From: Mobula hypostoma
Lineage: Eukaryota
Assembly (NCBI RefSeq): GCF_963921235.1
Contig: NC_086108.1
Span: 50,966,001 to 51,030,000 of the forward strand
Direction: 5' to 3'
Length of the DNA stretch: 64,000 nucleotides
Below, piece by piece: positions 12,501 through 27,500 of this stretch (the first letter of the stretch is position 1; each line of letters opens with the position of its first letter). Below the pieces are notes generated by a model. The model worked only from the letters and a program-made list of their open reading frames with translations. It was not told the origin of the DNA and did not search any database. The translations under genes were made by a program, and so were the position numbers.

Positions 12501-15500
12501 TTCACCAGCAACTTTGATGTGTGTTGTAAGAGATATTTCAATTTTGTTAACAATCCATTGCTTGAGTAAGCCAAGATATCCATGTCTTTTTCCACTCTAA
12601 AGATACTGATTTTCTGGGATTCCAATATTCCAGTATTATTTTGTACATACATGACATGCAGTTACCAAAGAAGTAATAAAGCACTAAATCTATGTTCCGT
12701 ATTTTTTAAAAGTATAAAAATCAGAGTAAAAGTAATATATGAAAGTGTCATCACATCAACCCAATTTTGATTTAAACATCTCAATTTAGAAACACATCAA
12801 TATCAATGTTCAAATAGTTAAAACATTTTTAAAGAATGGAACTTTAAAAAATTTGTACTCAAGGTACTAACAGGAGCTGACAGGAACTGAACTTCCACAG
12901 GTGTTTTCTTTTTCTGTGAAAATAATACAAATATAGATCAGTGTATATTTAAAAATGAGAAATGTGGATGATGTGCAACTTGGACCAATATCTGCACTAA
13001 CAAGACGCTGGCTACTGTATCATAAGCATTGTTTGTTTGCTATTGTATGTATCATAATAACTATTTCATATGCTTTTAAAATGCTTAAGTAGATCTGCCA
13101 TTATTAGTATTATGAATTATAATCTAAAGAAAAACATTGTCATTAATGGAATCCAATTTCAGAAGAAGCATACAATGCTGACATTTTACAGAAAAAGATG
13201 GCAGTACTGTGGTCTACTTAATTATGCATGCAGCCAGAAATAACAAAATCAAAAATTATTATTGAACTTTCTTACCAATCCTTCACTGATTACGCTTTCT
13301 GGGTCTTTATAAAGTCCATTAACCAGGTAGTTGCACTGCATCATGTTTTTTGCCCAAGCCTTGAGACCTTTCTAAGGAAGGATATGATGGAAGATAAAAT
13401 ACCAAATAAATAGAATAACTGCAAAAATATTAAGAAATAAGTTGACATCCATAACAGTTCAAAACTACCAATTGATTTATGTACAACTGCTTACTTTGTT
13501 GGACAATGAAATAAATAGCTTTCTTCATCATTTTTCTCTAACATACTATTATACATGTCTTCAAATTATATGGCTGGGCCATTTTTGAAAATAAAATGTA
13601 CTTTCAACAATCTCTATCAGAAAATAATAACTGTGAAAATAGATGTTCCAGAGACAAATTTAATCTTCAAATTTGGAGACTTGGATATAAAGAAATACTA
13701 ATTTTGTTTTGCAAGCATCTAAATTATTTTTCTGATTGGTGTTACTGGAAAAAATTACAAATGAGCATATAGAATAATAGGAAACAGAAAAATCTGATAA
13801 CACAAGTCAAAGTTACCAATTTTGCTACTTCTTCCTTAGAAATGTTTTACCTTTGATTAGGGATCTTCCCCTTCACAAATCTGAAGGTATTCCCAAGTCA
13901 GCAGCATTTCAAGTAAAGGAAACTTGGTAACCAAGAGCCTTTGGTAACACACACAAAATGCTGCAGGAACTCAGCAGGTTAGGCAGCATCTATGGAGATG
14001 AATAAACAGTTGACCCTTCACCAATCCCCTTTCATTTCCAGTCCTGATATCTCTTCGCCCAAATTGTCAACTGTTGATTCCTCTCCATATATGCTGCCTG
14101 ACCTACTGAGTTCCTTCAGCATTTTGTATGTTACTCTGGAGATCCAGCACCTGCAGAATCTTGTGAACTTACAGCCCATTTCACACCTCTTTGATTGACG
14201 ACAATGCGAAGTCAGGAAGTTACTTACATTAGCTTTCTTTGTTTACTCCCTTACAAAATATGCACTCTGATCAATACAATTTTGTCAAGGGGAAGAAAGT
14301 AATAGTTACATCACACTAATGATTCTTTGACTCCAGGTCAAAAATCTCTCATTTGCTGTTTAATTTTTCCATTTTTAAGGAATTACAATACTTTCCTGAC
14401 ATTATGCCTCAATGAATGATGTAACATAAATTTAGAACAAACACAATGGTAAAATCTTATTCTTCTTTGATAGGAAACCTTTGCACAATTTATGGAAATA
14501 ATACTATGTATTTCAAGCTTGTTTATTGTCATTCAACAGTACACATGTATAAAGTTAAATGAAACAACATTTTTCAGGGACCAAGGTGCAAGGCACAGTA
14601 TATATACTGCATCACATACAGCACATAAAATAGTATTAACACAATTATATTCACAGCTGAAAAAAGTATTATGTAGATGTACAACTCGATATAAAGTGCA
14701 TATCCCATACTGCTAAATATACAACAGTATTACTGCCACTGGCACTGTCATAACTAATATGTACAGAGTGGTAGCAGGGTGTTCAGAAGTCTCACAGCCT
14801 GAATTTGTACTTTTCTTCTCCAAACTGAGCATTTCATTTCTCAGTTACTTATTTCTCTGGAATAATTCTCTCTCAACATTGATACTGCCAAGATCCTCGT
14901 ATCTGTCATCTCAAGGCTTGACCAGTATCTGGCACCGCAACTCTACAAACACAACTTATTTTATTTTATGTTAAAATACTTTAAATTATCCATTCACTTC
15001 TGTGGCTGCTGAACCACAGAACCCAAATTTTCCAAAGAAATGCTGCAGGTTTTGCAAATGCAAATTTCATAAACTTTTTGAGAAATGTTCATCAGCAATT
15101 TCCCAGCTGCGCTCTAATACTGACTCCTGATTGAGTCTTATAGCAGAATGCAAATCTCCAAACGCCCAGCATTTAAGCATCTATGTAATTATTTCGCCTT
15201 GTAAAATTATATGTTTTTTCTAGAGAAAAAGAAAACAGAAAAAACCTATAGCACAATACAGGCCCTTCGGCCCACAAAGCTGAGCCGAACATGTCCTTAC
15301 CTTAGAAATTACCTAGGGTTACTCATAGCCCTCTATTTTTCTAAGCTCCACGTACCTATCCAGGAGCCTTTTAAAAGACCCTATTGTATCCGCCTCCATC
15401 ACCATTGCTGGCAGCCCATTCCACACACTCACCATTCTTTGCGTAAAAACCTTACCCCTGACATCCCCTCTGTACCTACTTCTAAGCACCTTAAAACTGT

Positions 15501-18500
15501 GCCTTTTGTGCTAACCATTTCAGCCCTCGGAAAATGCCTCTAACTATCCACACGATCAATGCCTCTCATCATCTTATTCACCTCTATCAAGTCACCCCTC
15601 ATCCTCCGTTGCTCCAAGGAGAAAAGGCTGAGTTCACTCAACCTATTCTCATAAGGCATGCTCCCCAATCCAGGCAACATCCTTGTAAATCTCCTCTGCA
15701 CCCTTTCTATAGTTTCCATATCCTTCCTGTAATGAGGCGACCAGAACTGAGCATAGTACTCCAAGTGGGATCTGACCAGGGTCCTATATAGCTGCAACAT
15801 TACCTCTCAGCTCTTATACTCAATCCCACAATTAATGGCCAATGCACCGTATGCCTTCTTAACCACACAGTCAACCTGCGCAGCAGCTTTGAGTGTCCTA
15901 TGGACTTAGACCCCAAGATCCCTCTGATCTCCCACATTGCCAAGAGTCTTACCATTAATACTATATCCTGCCATCATAGTTGACCTGCCAAAATGAATCA
16001 CTTCACACTTATCTGGGTTGAACTCCATCTGCCCCTTCTCAGCCCAGTTTTGCATCCTATCAATGTCCCGTTGTAACCTCTGACAGCCCTCCAAACTATC
16101 CACAACACCCCCAACCTTTGTGTCATCAGCAAATTTACTAATCCATCCCCCCACTTCCTCATGCAAGTTATTAACAAAAATCACGAAGAGTAGAGGTCCC
16201 AGAACAGATCCCTGAGGCACACCACTGGTCACTGACCTCCATGCAGAATATGACCAATCTACAACCACGCATTGCCTTCTGTGGGCAAGCTAGTTCTGGA
16301 TCCACAAAGCAAGATCCCCTTGGATCCCATGCCTCTTTACTTTCTCAATAGGCCTTGCATGGGGCACCTTATCAAATGCCTTGCTGAAATCCATATACAC
16401 TACATCTACTGCTTTTCCTTCATCAATATGTTTAGTCACATCCTCAAAAAATTCAATCAGGCTTGTAAGGCACGACCTACCTTAGACAAAGCCATGCTGA
16501 CTATTCCTAATCATATTCTGCCTCTCCAAATGTTCATAAATCCTGCCTCTCAGGATCTTCTCAATCAGCTTACCAACCACTGAAGTAAGACTCACTGGTC
16601 TATAATTTCCTGGGCTATCTCTATGCTCTTTCTTGAATAAGGGAACAACATCCACAACCCTCCAATCCTCCGGAACCTCTACCGTCCCTATTGATGATGC
16701 AAAGATCATCGCCAGATGCTCAGCAATCTCCTCCCTCGCCTCCCACAGCAGCTTGGGGTACATCTCATCTGGTCCCGGTGACATATCCAACTTGATGCTT
16801 TCCAAAAGCTCCAGCACATCCTCTTTCTTAATATCCATATGCTCAAGCTTTTCAGTCCGCTGTAAGTCATCCCTACAATCGCCAAGATCCTTTTCCATAG
16901 TGAATACTGAAGCAATGTATTCATTAAGTACCTCTGCTGTCTCCTCCAGTTCTATGCACACTTTCCCACTGTCACACTTGATTGGTCCTATTCTCTCACA
17001 TCTCATCCTCTTGCTCTTTCTCTCTAAATCTAATTAATTTTGAATTGTTTTGAGATATTTAGGAATCTTAAGAGGCTTTTGCAGATATCCAAATTGTTTA
17101 GAGGCTTTGATCATGGAGCTTATGGACATAAATTCAAGGGCTTAGCTGGCTCAGGCCTAACCATGTGACCAGAAAGCCACGAGCCGAGCAAAGTCATTTC
17201 AGCCATAATGAAGCCATGTTTGGTTTGGTAGTTCAATTAAAAATGCACCATGGGTAAGTACAAGACCTAACAGCCAGGGCCACTTAAAGCTATCAAAAAA
17301 TTCCAGGCCATGGATTTCAATTGTAAAGCTAATGAGATTCATGTCACTGAGTGGTTGGTTCAAAGATCTTGACCTGTTGATCTTAATAGTTAAATAGCAA
17401 AACTTGGACTCAATTTCTCTCTTCTGACTATTGTTCATCTAAACATGTTCTTCTCCCTGCCCTTGTACTCAATATTCACTTCCATCCTATTCCTCTGTTA
17501 ACATCAAAAATATTTCTTAACTTTAACGACTCTATTCTACATTCATCCATTCAATTCCCACCTGCTTGCTACTCTCCTCAAAATAGGATTCCTTTGCATT
17601 GCTTATACCTGAACAACTTACATTTACTATTTCTACCACAAGTTGCAGCATCTGAGGAGCTTTTCACTTTCTTGTCTAATATACCACTGATCCTTCAACA
17701 ATGTGTTTTACTCAAGCATTACTGTTTCATTCATTATAATTTAAACAGCTGCAAAGGGCTTGCATCAGTACTACATTCTCTCTTAAATTTTGGAAGTCTT
17801 CTCTCAAACATTGCATTTTTTGCTTCTTTATATTGGGAAAATATTACAGAGAAATTGGGCGACTATTTTGCTCAATGCCACTGCTTTTCTCCCAGAACTT
17901 CCTCAGTTTTCCTTTTAGTATTCAATGAAACGCAGTTACAATTTTTGAAACAACAGGGAAGTTCATTACAAAAGTAGAAATTTTGAGTCAGGAAGTCCTA
18001 ATCAATACAAAAATAAAAAGCAACTTTAAATAAGTAGTATACCGAAGGACCCTTGTCAAACTGATTCTCTGCTGTTCCGGATATTGGAATATGAATATCG
18101 ATGTTGATGGTAGATTCCACAATTTGCCAGGCTGATGTGAGGCTGCTAGATTTACAATCCAGCAATTTAGTAGGAGTCTTTAAAATACAAGAAAATTAAG
18201 ATTTGTTAATAAATGTTACTTTCATATGAATTATTATATGACTACTTGGCAAATGCAGTAATAAGTATGACATGCTTAAATATTCCTTGCATTCTCTATG
18301 AAGTACTCTACCCTTGAATTTTTAGACCAAAGTATTATAGATTTTTTGCATTAATTGTTATTCTGTTATCTGGATTTATGCCTGATATATTTCATAAACA
18401 AAGATGAGTTTAAAAAACTCTGAAAATGTGGATTCACACATATCCAATCACCGAATAGCATATACCATGAGTTCACCCTGTTTTGAAAAGACACAGAAAA

Positions 18501-21500
18501 TTAAGCAAGACCAATAATGAGGTTTTGACAAATGTAATATACACCATCTCCTAAAGTATGGTGCTCAAAAATGAAAAAGTTACTTCAACCACGGCTCAAT
18601 GTTTTATAAAAGTTCTCATATAGAAACACAGAAAATCTACAGCACAATACAGACGCTTTGGCCCACAATGCTGTGCCGAACATGTATTTACTTTAGAAAT
18701 TACCTAGGGTTACTCACAGCCCTCTATTTTTCTAAGCTCCATGACCAGGAGTCTCTTAAAAGACCCTGTAGTATCTGCTTCCACCACCATTGCCAGCAGC
18801 CCATTCCACGCACTCACCACTCTCTGCGTAAAAAACTTACCCCTGACATCTCCTCTGTACCTACTTCCAAGCACCTTAAAACTGTGCCCTCTCGTGTTAG
18901 CCATTTCAGCCCTGGGAAAAAGCCTCCACACGATCAATGCCACTCATCATCTTATACACCTCTATCAGGTCACCTCTCATCCTCCACTGCTCCCAGGAGA
19001 AAAGGCCAAGTTGACTCAACTTAGGCAACATCCTTGTAAATCTCCTCTGCACCCTTTCTATAGCTTCCACATCCTTCTTGTAGTGAGGTGACCAGAACTG
19101 AGCACAGTACTCCAAGTGGGGTCAGACCAGGGTCTTATATAGCTGCAACATTACCACTCAGCTCTTAAACTCAGTCCCACAGTTGATGAAGGCCAATGCA
19201 CCATATGCTTTCTTAACCACACAGTCAACCTGCACAGCAGCTTTGAGTGCCCTATGGACTCAGACCCCAAGAATTCTCTGATCCTCCATATTGCCGAGAG
19301 TCTTACCATTAATACTATATTCTGCCATCATATTTGACCTACCAAAATGAACCACCTCATAATCACCTGGGTTGGACTGCATCTGCCACTTCTCAGCCCA
19401 GTTTTGCATCCTATCAATGTCCCACTGTAACCTCTGACAGCCCTCCACACTATGCAAAACACGCCCAACCTTTGTGTCATCAGCAAATTTACTAAGCCAT
19501 CTCTCTACTTCCTCATCCAGATCATTTATAAAATCGTAACGAGAAGGGGTCCCAGAACAGATCCCTGAGGCACACCACTGGTCACCAACCTCCATGCAGA
19601 ATATGACCCATCTACAACCACTCTCTGCCTTCTGTAAGCAAGCCAATTCTGGATCCACAAAGTAATGTCCCCTTGGATCCCATGCCTCCTTACTTTCTCA
19701 ATAAGCACTGCATGGGGCACCTTATCTAATGCCTTGCTGAAATCCATATACACTACAGCTACTGCTCTACCTTCAAAGCATTTATTCACATCCTCAAAAA
19801 ATTCAATCAGACTCGTAAGGCACGGCCTACCTTTGACAAAGCCATGCTGACTATTCCTAATCATATTATGGCCTCTCCAAATGTTCATAAATTCTGCCTC
19901 TCAAAATCTTTTCCATCAGCTTACCAACCACTGAAGTAAGGCTCACTAGTCTATAATTTCCTGGGCTATCTCTACTCCCTTTCCTGAATAAGGGAACAAA
20001 ATCTGCAACCTCCAATCCTCCAGAACCTCTCCAATCTCCATTGATGATGCAAAGAGCATTGCCAGAGGCTCAGCAATCTCCTCCCTCGCCTCCCACAGTA
20101 ACCTGGGGTACATCTCGTCCTGTTCTGGAGACTTATCCAACTTGATGCTTTCCAAAAGCTCCAGCACATCTTCTTTCTTAATGTCTATATGGTCAAGCTT
20201 TTCAATCCACTGTAAGTCATCCCTACAATTGCCGCAATCTTTTCCCGTAGTGAATACTGAAGGAAGGTATTTATTAAGTATCGCTGCTACCTCCTCTGGT
20301 TCCATACACACTTTTCCACTGTCACACATGATAGGTCCTATTCTCTCATGTCTTATCCTCTTGCTCTTCACATACTTATAGAACACTTTGGGGTTTTCCT
20401 TACATTTCTTCCGTACATTTCCCTGAGAACATCTCTTCCCAATTTATGCTTCCAAGTTCCTGCATGACAGCTTTCTATTTCCCCTTACTCCATTTAAACG
20501 CTTTCCTAACCTGTCTGTTTTTGCGACATTGAGGGAGAGGTTGCTTTCTTGACACCACTGTGTCAGGGTAATGGCTTCTTCTCTGTAGGCTGCCTCATTA
20601 TTATTTGAGATTAGGCCAGTGTAGTGTTGTCAGTAAATTTAATTAGCAGATTGGAGCTCTGGGTGGCGACACAGTCATGGTTATACAGAAAGTAAAGCAG
20701 TGGGCTTAGTACACAGCCCTGAGGGGTACCTGTGTTGAGGGTCAGAGGGCAGAGGTGAGGGAGCCCACTCTTACCACCTGCCAGGAAGTCCAGGATCCAG
20801 CTACACAAGGCAGGGTGAAGGCCGAGGTCTTGGAGCTTTTTGTCGAGCCTGGACGTAATTATGGTGTTGAATGCTGAACTGTAGTCCAAGAACAGCATTC
20901 TCACATAAGCATCCCTCTTCTCCAGGTGTGTAAGGATGGTGTGTAGAGCTAACGCTATTGCGTCATCTGTCGATCGGTTTCTTAATGCATATGCAGTTGA
21001 CATAGCTTTGGTTTGTGGAAAATTGTCATGCTGACCCATCTTCCAGGAACACAAGAGTCACCTACACAATATGAATCGAGAATTGAACTACTCTTACCTG
21101 TGGATTGCTTATATCGTAAGTTCGTAGCTTCATTCTGTACGTAAAGAGTTTAGGAAAATATAAACAAGAGATTCTGCAGATGCTCTTCTCCTCACCTGCA
21201 CATCACCTTCCACTAGTGCCCCTCCTCCTCCTTCCCTTTCTCCTATGATCCACTCTTCTCTCCTATCAAGATTCTTCCTTTTCAGGCCTTTTATCTTTTC
21301 CACCTATCACTTCCCAGCTTCTCACTTCATCTATCCTCCCCCACTCACCTCCCTTTTCTTCACCTGGCTTTACCTACCACTTTCCAGACTGTATTCCTTC
21401 CTCTCCCACCATCTTATTATTTTGGCTTCTTCCCTCCCCACTTCCTTTCCCATCCTAATGAAGGGTTTTGGCCTGAAACGTGACTATTTATTCCCCTCAC

Positions 21501-24500
21501 AGATGCTGCCTGACCTGCTGAATTCCTCCAGCATTTGTGTTCCACAAGTTAAGAAAATGTCAGCTTGACATTTTCTCTCAAATTATATAAATATATTTGT
21601 CAGATTTAAAACTCCAATTTCTGGTTTTGTAGCAGTTACTTGAAAAGTAAACCAAAACTGCTGAAAGACTGCGTGAGGGATTTGACATTGTATGACGTGC
21701 TTCCAAATAACTGAGTTCTAGGTCGAAAGAAATATGTCATACAGTGTCATATCTCTGACTCAGTCTCTCAGCAGTTCTGGTTTGTTTTCAAGTAACCATT
21801 ACATTTGTCAACAAAAATAAAAAATCTCTACCTCTAACTAAATTAATAAGGACAAAGCTTGAGTAGGTGACTATACTCATTTGCTTCTACCACGCTGCAA
21901 TCCCCATGTCAAATTACCGTAATTAAAAACGCACAACGCAAAATACAATGCAGATGGACAGAAAATAGATACATGGCCCCTACAGATTTCATTAGAAATA
22001 TTGACAGCTTTTCAGTTTTTGGTCGAGGCTTAAGAAATTTTGTTTAAAAAGTGCAACTTTAATAGTGGGACATTATGTTTTCGTGAGTGAGTTTCTTCTT
22101 GTGGTGTAGAAGGGTTAAGAGAACCTTTTGTCTTGCCTTGTATGTAAACTTGATTTTAATTTTGGATCGTATCAGTTTTGTGCAGACTGATGTAGAAAAA
22201 TGATTAAAAACTGCATATTAATAAACACATATGAAAGATGTCCAAAGAACAATAACTAAATTAACATTTTTAAAAAGGAAATTTTTTCTCTAACATCTAT
22301 TTCATTGGAAGCTACTACTTACAGTACAGCAGGCTGATTGGTGAATACTGCATTATTTCTTGCTTTGAAATAGACAAATGGATCATACCAAGTTAAAAAA
22401 AAATACTGCATTAAAATAACAAGTTAAACTTGTTAACTTAATCAAATTTTGTAAAATTGGAAATAAAAAAAATAAAGATGTAAAACACAGTATGACAGAA
22501 ATTTTGTCTTAGTAATGGGGTTGATTGTGCAGGAGTTTGGGAACTTGGAAGTTATTGTGAAAGTAACACTGAAGCTGGCAGGATGGGGAAGATCAAGGAA
22601 ACTTCCAACCTCCTGGATGATTTATACCTGTGAGATCTGTGTCCAGTTCCAATGTCTGATTAACTGCAACAAGCAGCTGTAGCTCCAGCAGGGATCACAC
22701 AGGAGCATCTGTGACACTGAGGAGCACAGAAAGATGATCACATCTAATGTGCAGAAAAACAGGTAGTCGAGTGACCACCAGGAAAGATAGAGGAGAGAAA
22801 CAAAACTGCAAGATTCCCCATGGCCACTCCTCTCATGAAGAAGTTCTCCCTATTACACATGCTATAATAGCAATTTGCCACTCATTCTCTTTCTACCACA
22901 CACAACTGTTTTCTGTGATTATATTTTCTTTCTATTGTCTTACAGTAAGAAATATTGACAGTTTTTAAGTTATAAGAACAACCTGCCATCATCTGAAAGG
23001 GATATTTTGATTTCAGTTTTGATTGAGAGAATGGCAGCAACTCATCATCTGGATCTCGTCCTCCCTCTTGAAAACTATCAGTATATCAAAAACAACAGGA
23101 ATTCTGCAGATGCTGGAAATTCAAGCAACATACATCAAAGTTGCTGGTGAACGCAGCAGGCCAAGCAGCATCTATAGGAAGAGGCGCAGTCGACGTTTCA
23201 GGCCGAGACCCTTCGTCAGGACTGACGAAGGGTCTCGGCCTGAAACGTCGACTGCGCCTCTTCCTATAGATGCTGCTTGGCCTGCTGAGTTCACCAGCAA
23301 CTTTGAAGTATATCAAAAATAAGTTCGCTCAGCATCATTGCACTTATGTTGTAAGAAAGGTCCATTTTACTCCTCAAAATTCAGTACTCCTCTTTTTAAC
23401 CATTAAAGGATACTTTTTCGAATCAGCATAAATTTGGAGAACAATTCGTTCAGGCGGTTCCTCTTCTGAAAAATTCCAGAGCCTTTCCTTTGCAACAGCA
23501 GTCTCAACAGCATTTGTTAACTGCAGTGCAAAAGTTACAGACAATTACACTTAATACTTAAAATGAACATTCAGTTTTTAAGCTGAACGGTTTGTTAAGT
23601 AATCATCTAAGATCACTAACAGGAAAGCATGGATTAAAGGAACATTAGTGCATTTGCTGATGTGAATAATTTGCTCATTAGTAAGAACAATACTGTTACA
23701 ATGTAGCACCTTAAATTCCTCCCACAGCACTCTAACAGCAACACGAACTGCATTTCATTGTAATTCATTGGCAGTGAAGTACCTTAGGATATTCTGACAG
23801 TGTGATTTTCCTTCAACACTGGTTTGCATGATTGGTTATAGTACATTGTGTGATCAAGCTTAATATAGATAAGACTGTTACAAATTAATGTCCTTGGATG
23901 ATATATAAAACAATATGCAGAGGCCATCTCCAAAGACTATATTTAATGAGAATATCAGCGTTCACATTATAAAATTGTTGGCTGTATTTCAGCTCAGCCA
24001 GCATTGATATTTTTGTTTTCTGAAGGAGAAACAAATGGAACATTTCCTATACTACACAGGTGATAGTCAATTATTATTTCCAACAAAAAAATCCAACTAC
24101 TTTCCCATGACATCAGTGTTACCATCCATATTCTCCATCATTAAAATCATGGGGATCCAAATAAACCAGAAGCTAAAAATGAAAGAGAGACAGCTGGGCA
24201 CTAACTCCTGAAACCCTTTCCGTCATCCACAAGGAACAAGTCAGAAAAGTGAGGAAATACTCTAAGCTTGACTGATATTGCATAAACCCAACAACAGTGC
24301 ATAAGCTTGACATCAAGCAGGACATAATAGGTTATTTTTAGAGTATACCACCTATAATGTGCGCTGCAGAAGTTTTTCAAGAGCACCTCCAAAACGTACA
24401 AACTACAACCTAGAAGGACACAGGCATGGAAGTACCAATAAATGTAAGTTTCCTCCAAGTCACGCATTATTCTGACATACAAATATGTTACTATTTGCTT

Positions 24501-27500
24501 TATTGTTTCTACATCTCAACATTAGAACATCCTACACAAAGACATTGTAGGAATGCCTTCACCACACGTTGATGCAATTCAAGCAGGTTACTCATTTGTA
24601 ACTTCATGGACAATTAGGTATAGAAAATAAATGCTGGCCTTGCCTATGACACCTTAAACAATAAAAAGTCCTTCCCCATTACATTTGGTACCTGTCTTGA
24701 TAATTAGCAGTCAATTATTTAAAATTGTATATCTCTTCAAAAAATAAAAATACTAACACAAGAGATTCTGCAGATGCTGGAAATCCAGACCATCACACAA
24801 AATGCTGGAGGAATTCAACATGTCAGGCATCATCTATGAAGGGGAGGAAACAGATCACATTTCAGGCCGAGACCTTTCATCACTCCATAAGTCCATAACA
24901 CAAAGGAGCAGAATTAGGCCATTCAGCCCATCGAGTCTGCTTCCCCATTCCACCATGGCTGATCCCAGATCCCATTCAACTGCATACATCTACTTTCTCG
25001 CTATGTCATTTGGTACCCTGACCGATCAGGAAACTATCAACTTCTGCGTTTAATATACCCATAGACTTGGCCTCCCCTGCAGTCTGTGGCACAGTATTCC
25101 ACAGATTTCACTACTCTCTGGCTAAAAAAAAATCCTGTTTATCCCTGTTCTAAAAGGATACCCCTCAATTTTGAGGCTGTGCCCTCTAATTCTGGACACC
25201 CCCACCGAGGAAACATCCTTTCCACATCTACCCTATCTAGTCCTTTCAACATTCGGTAGATTTCAATGAGATCCCCCCCACATTCTTCTAAATTCCAGTA
25301 AGTACAGGCCCAAAGCTGCCAAATGCTCCTCATACGTTAACCCCATTCATACCCGGAATCATCCTCCTGAACCTTCTCTACTCCAATGACAACACATTCT
25401 TTCTGAGATATGGGGCCCCAAACTGTTGACAATACTTCAAGTGCAGCCTGTCTAGTGTCTTACAAAGCCTCAGTATTATCTCCTTGCTTTAATATTCTAT
25501 TCCCCTTGAAATAAATACCAACATTGCATTTGCTTTCTTTACCACAGACTCAACCTGTAAATTAACCTTCTGGGAGTCTTGCATGAGGACTCCCAAGTCC
25601 CTCTGCACCTCTGATGTTTGAATGTTCTCCCCATTTAGATAATAGTCCGCATTACTGTTCCTTTTACCAAAATGCATTATCGTACATTTCCCAACACTAT
25701 ATTCCATCTGCCGTATTTTTGCCCCTTCTTCCAATTTTGTCTAAGTCCTGCTGCAACTGCATTGTTCCTCAGCACTACATACCTGCACCACCCCCCCCCA
25801 CCTATCTTAGTATCATCCCAAACTTTGCCACAAAGTCCTGAAGTATCTTGGCTCAAAACATCATGTGGTGTTCCACCTCTCCCAATAAAAATACAAATAT
25901 ATGATAAGAAAAATTATATCCTGAGACACAAAGTAACAATTTTTGCTTACTTTTTATGATATTTCAATGTTCTTTGCTGTTTCTTAGAAGGCTGCACAAA
26001 TGGTAGCTTTATTATTAAGCTTTCAGCATGGTTGGAAGTCGCTAAATGGGTAACCAATACTGTTCTACTCCTCAATGAAACAACTTGCTACCGTAGATCT
26101 AATTGGAAGATTTTCTCTGCACACTATGGTAAACATGAGCCCATCATTTCATGCAAAAACAATGACATTATATAATGTTATTTGCAGTGACCGTGCACAA
26201 AGCTGTCAGCATTGTAGCCCTCATTCCCAAGTGGCATGTTGTCATACATTACTGACTCCTGTGTTCATTCAGCAGAATGTAAATAAAAAGCTCCTTAGGT
26301 TTCATTTAACTATATACTAACATCAAACTTTTTCTTAAAGTACAGCCCTTGATTAGAACCCTTATGCCACCAAATCACTTTCGGATACATTTGCCAAATT
26401 GCCTTTAATCCTTTAGCCAGCCTCCCACAAAGGTCCTTATTAACATCTTTATGAAAGTCCATGTAGACCATATTGACTGCACACTCCTCAAAAAAAAATC
26501 AGTCGAATTAGTCAGACATGTTCTCCCCTAAAGAGAATAGATCAATACACACCTCTCACAGATGGTTTTACTGAATTTTTATTACCTGGCTTATCTTTGC
26601 TGCCCCCACCCCAGTTCGTGCATGAAGGTACTACGTTTGCTATCCTCTAACTACAGAAGCTGTAGTTTTAGCTTTGGTTATATAATTAACAATTTCAATG
26701 TGAATGTACAATTAGGAGGCTCAGAGATGACACAAAAATTGTTTTGTTGTTGATTGCAAGGAGTGTAGTCTTCAACTACATAATGATAAATTCATAAGAT
26801 GGGCTGAGCAAAGACATTTAAATGCAGAAAGTATAGGTGTTGCATTTTGGAAGGACTAGTAGTAGTACAGTGATCACTCAAGAATAGGAAGGTGGTCTAC
26901 TAAATGGTTGTCTATTGGTGGATCCTCAGGTGGCTGTACAGGCCGATCTGGAATACCAGTCTGTTGAATATGGTGGAACAGATCACACAATCATCTGTAC
27001 AAAAGTCATCCTCGCTGACAAGCAACACTGGTGCACCTCAGGGGTGTGTGCTTAGCCCACTGCTCTACTCTCTGTATATACATAACAGTGTGGCTAGGCA
27101 TAGCTCAAATACCATCTACAAATTTGCTGACGATACAACCATTGTTGGTAGAATCTCAGGTGGTGACGAGAGGGTGTACAGAAGTGAGATATGCCAACTA
27201 GTGGAATGGTGCTGCAACAACAACCTGGTACTCAACGTCAGTAAGACGAAAGAGCTAATAGTGGACTTCAGGAAGGGCAAGACGAAGGAACACATACCAA
27301 TCCTCACAGAGGGATCAGAAGTGGAGAGAGCGAGCAGATTCAAGTTCTTGGGCGTCATGATCTCTGAGGATCTAACCTGGTTCCAACATATTGATGTAGT
27401 CATAAAGAAGGCAAGACAGCAGCTATACTTTATTAGGGGTTTGAAGAGAGTTGACATGTTAACAAATACACTCAAAAACTTCTATAGTTGTACTGTAGAG

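Noticed and set aside
17594..17977. 127-aa plus-strand ORF and similar short AT-rich ORFs
   Set aside because: No recognisable domains; antisense within ODR4 introns; consistent with chance ORFs.
23023..23322. Mirror ORFs on both strands with near-identical peptides
   Set aside because: Artefact of the DNA palindrome; no coding evidence.
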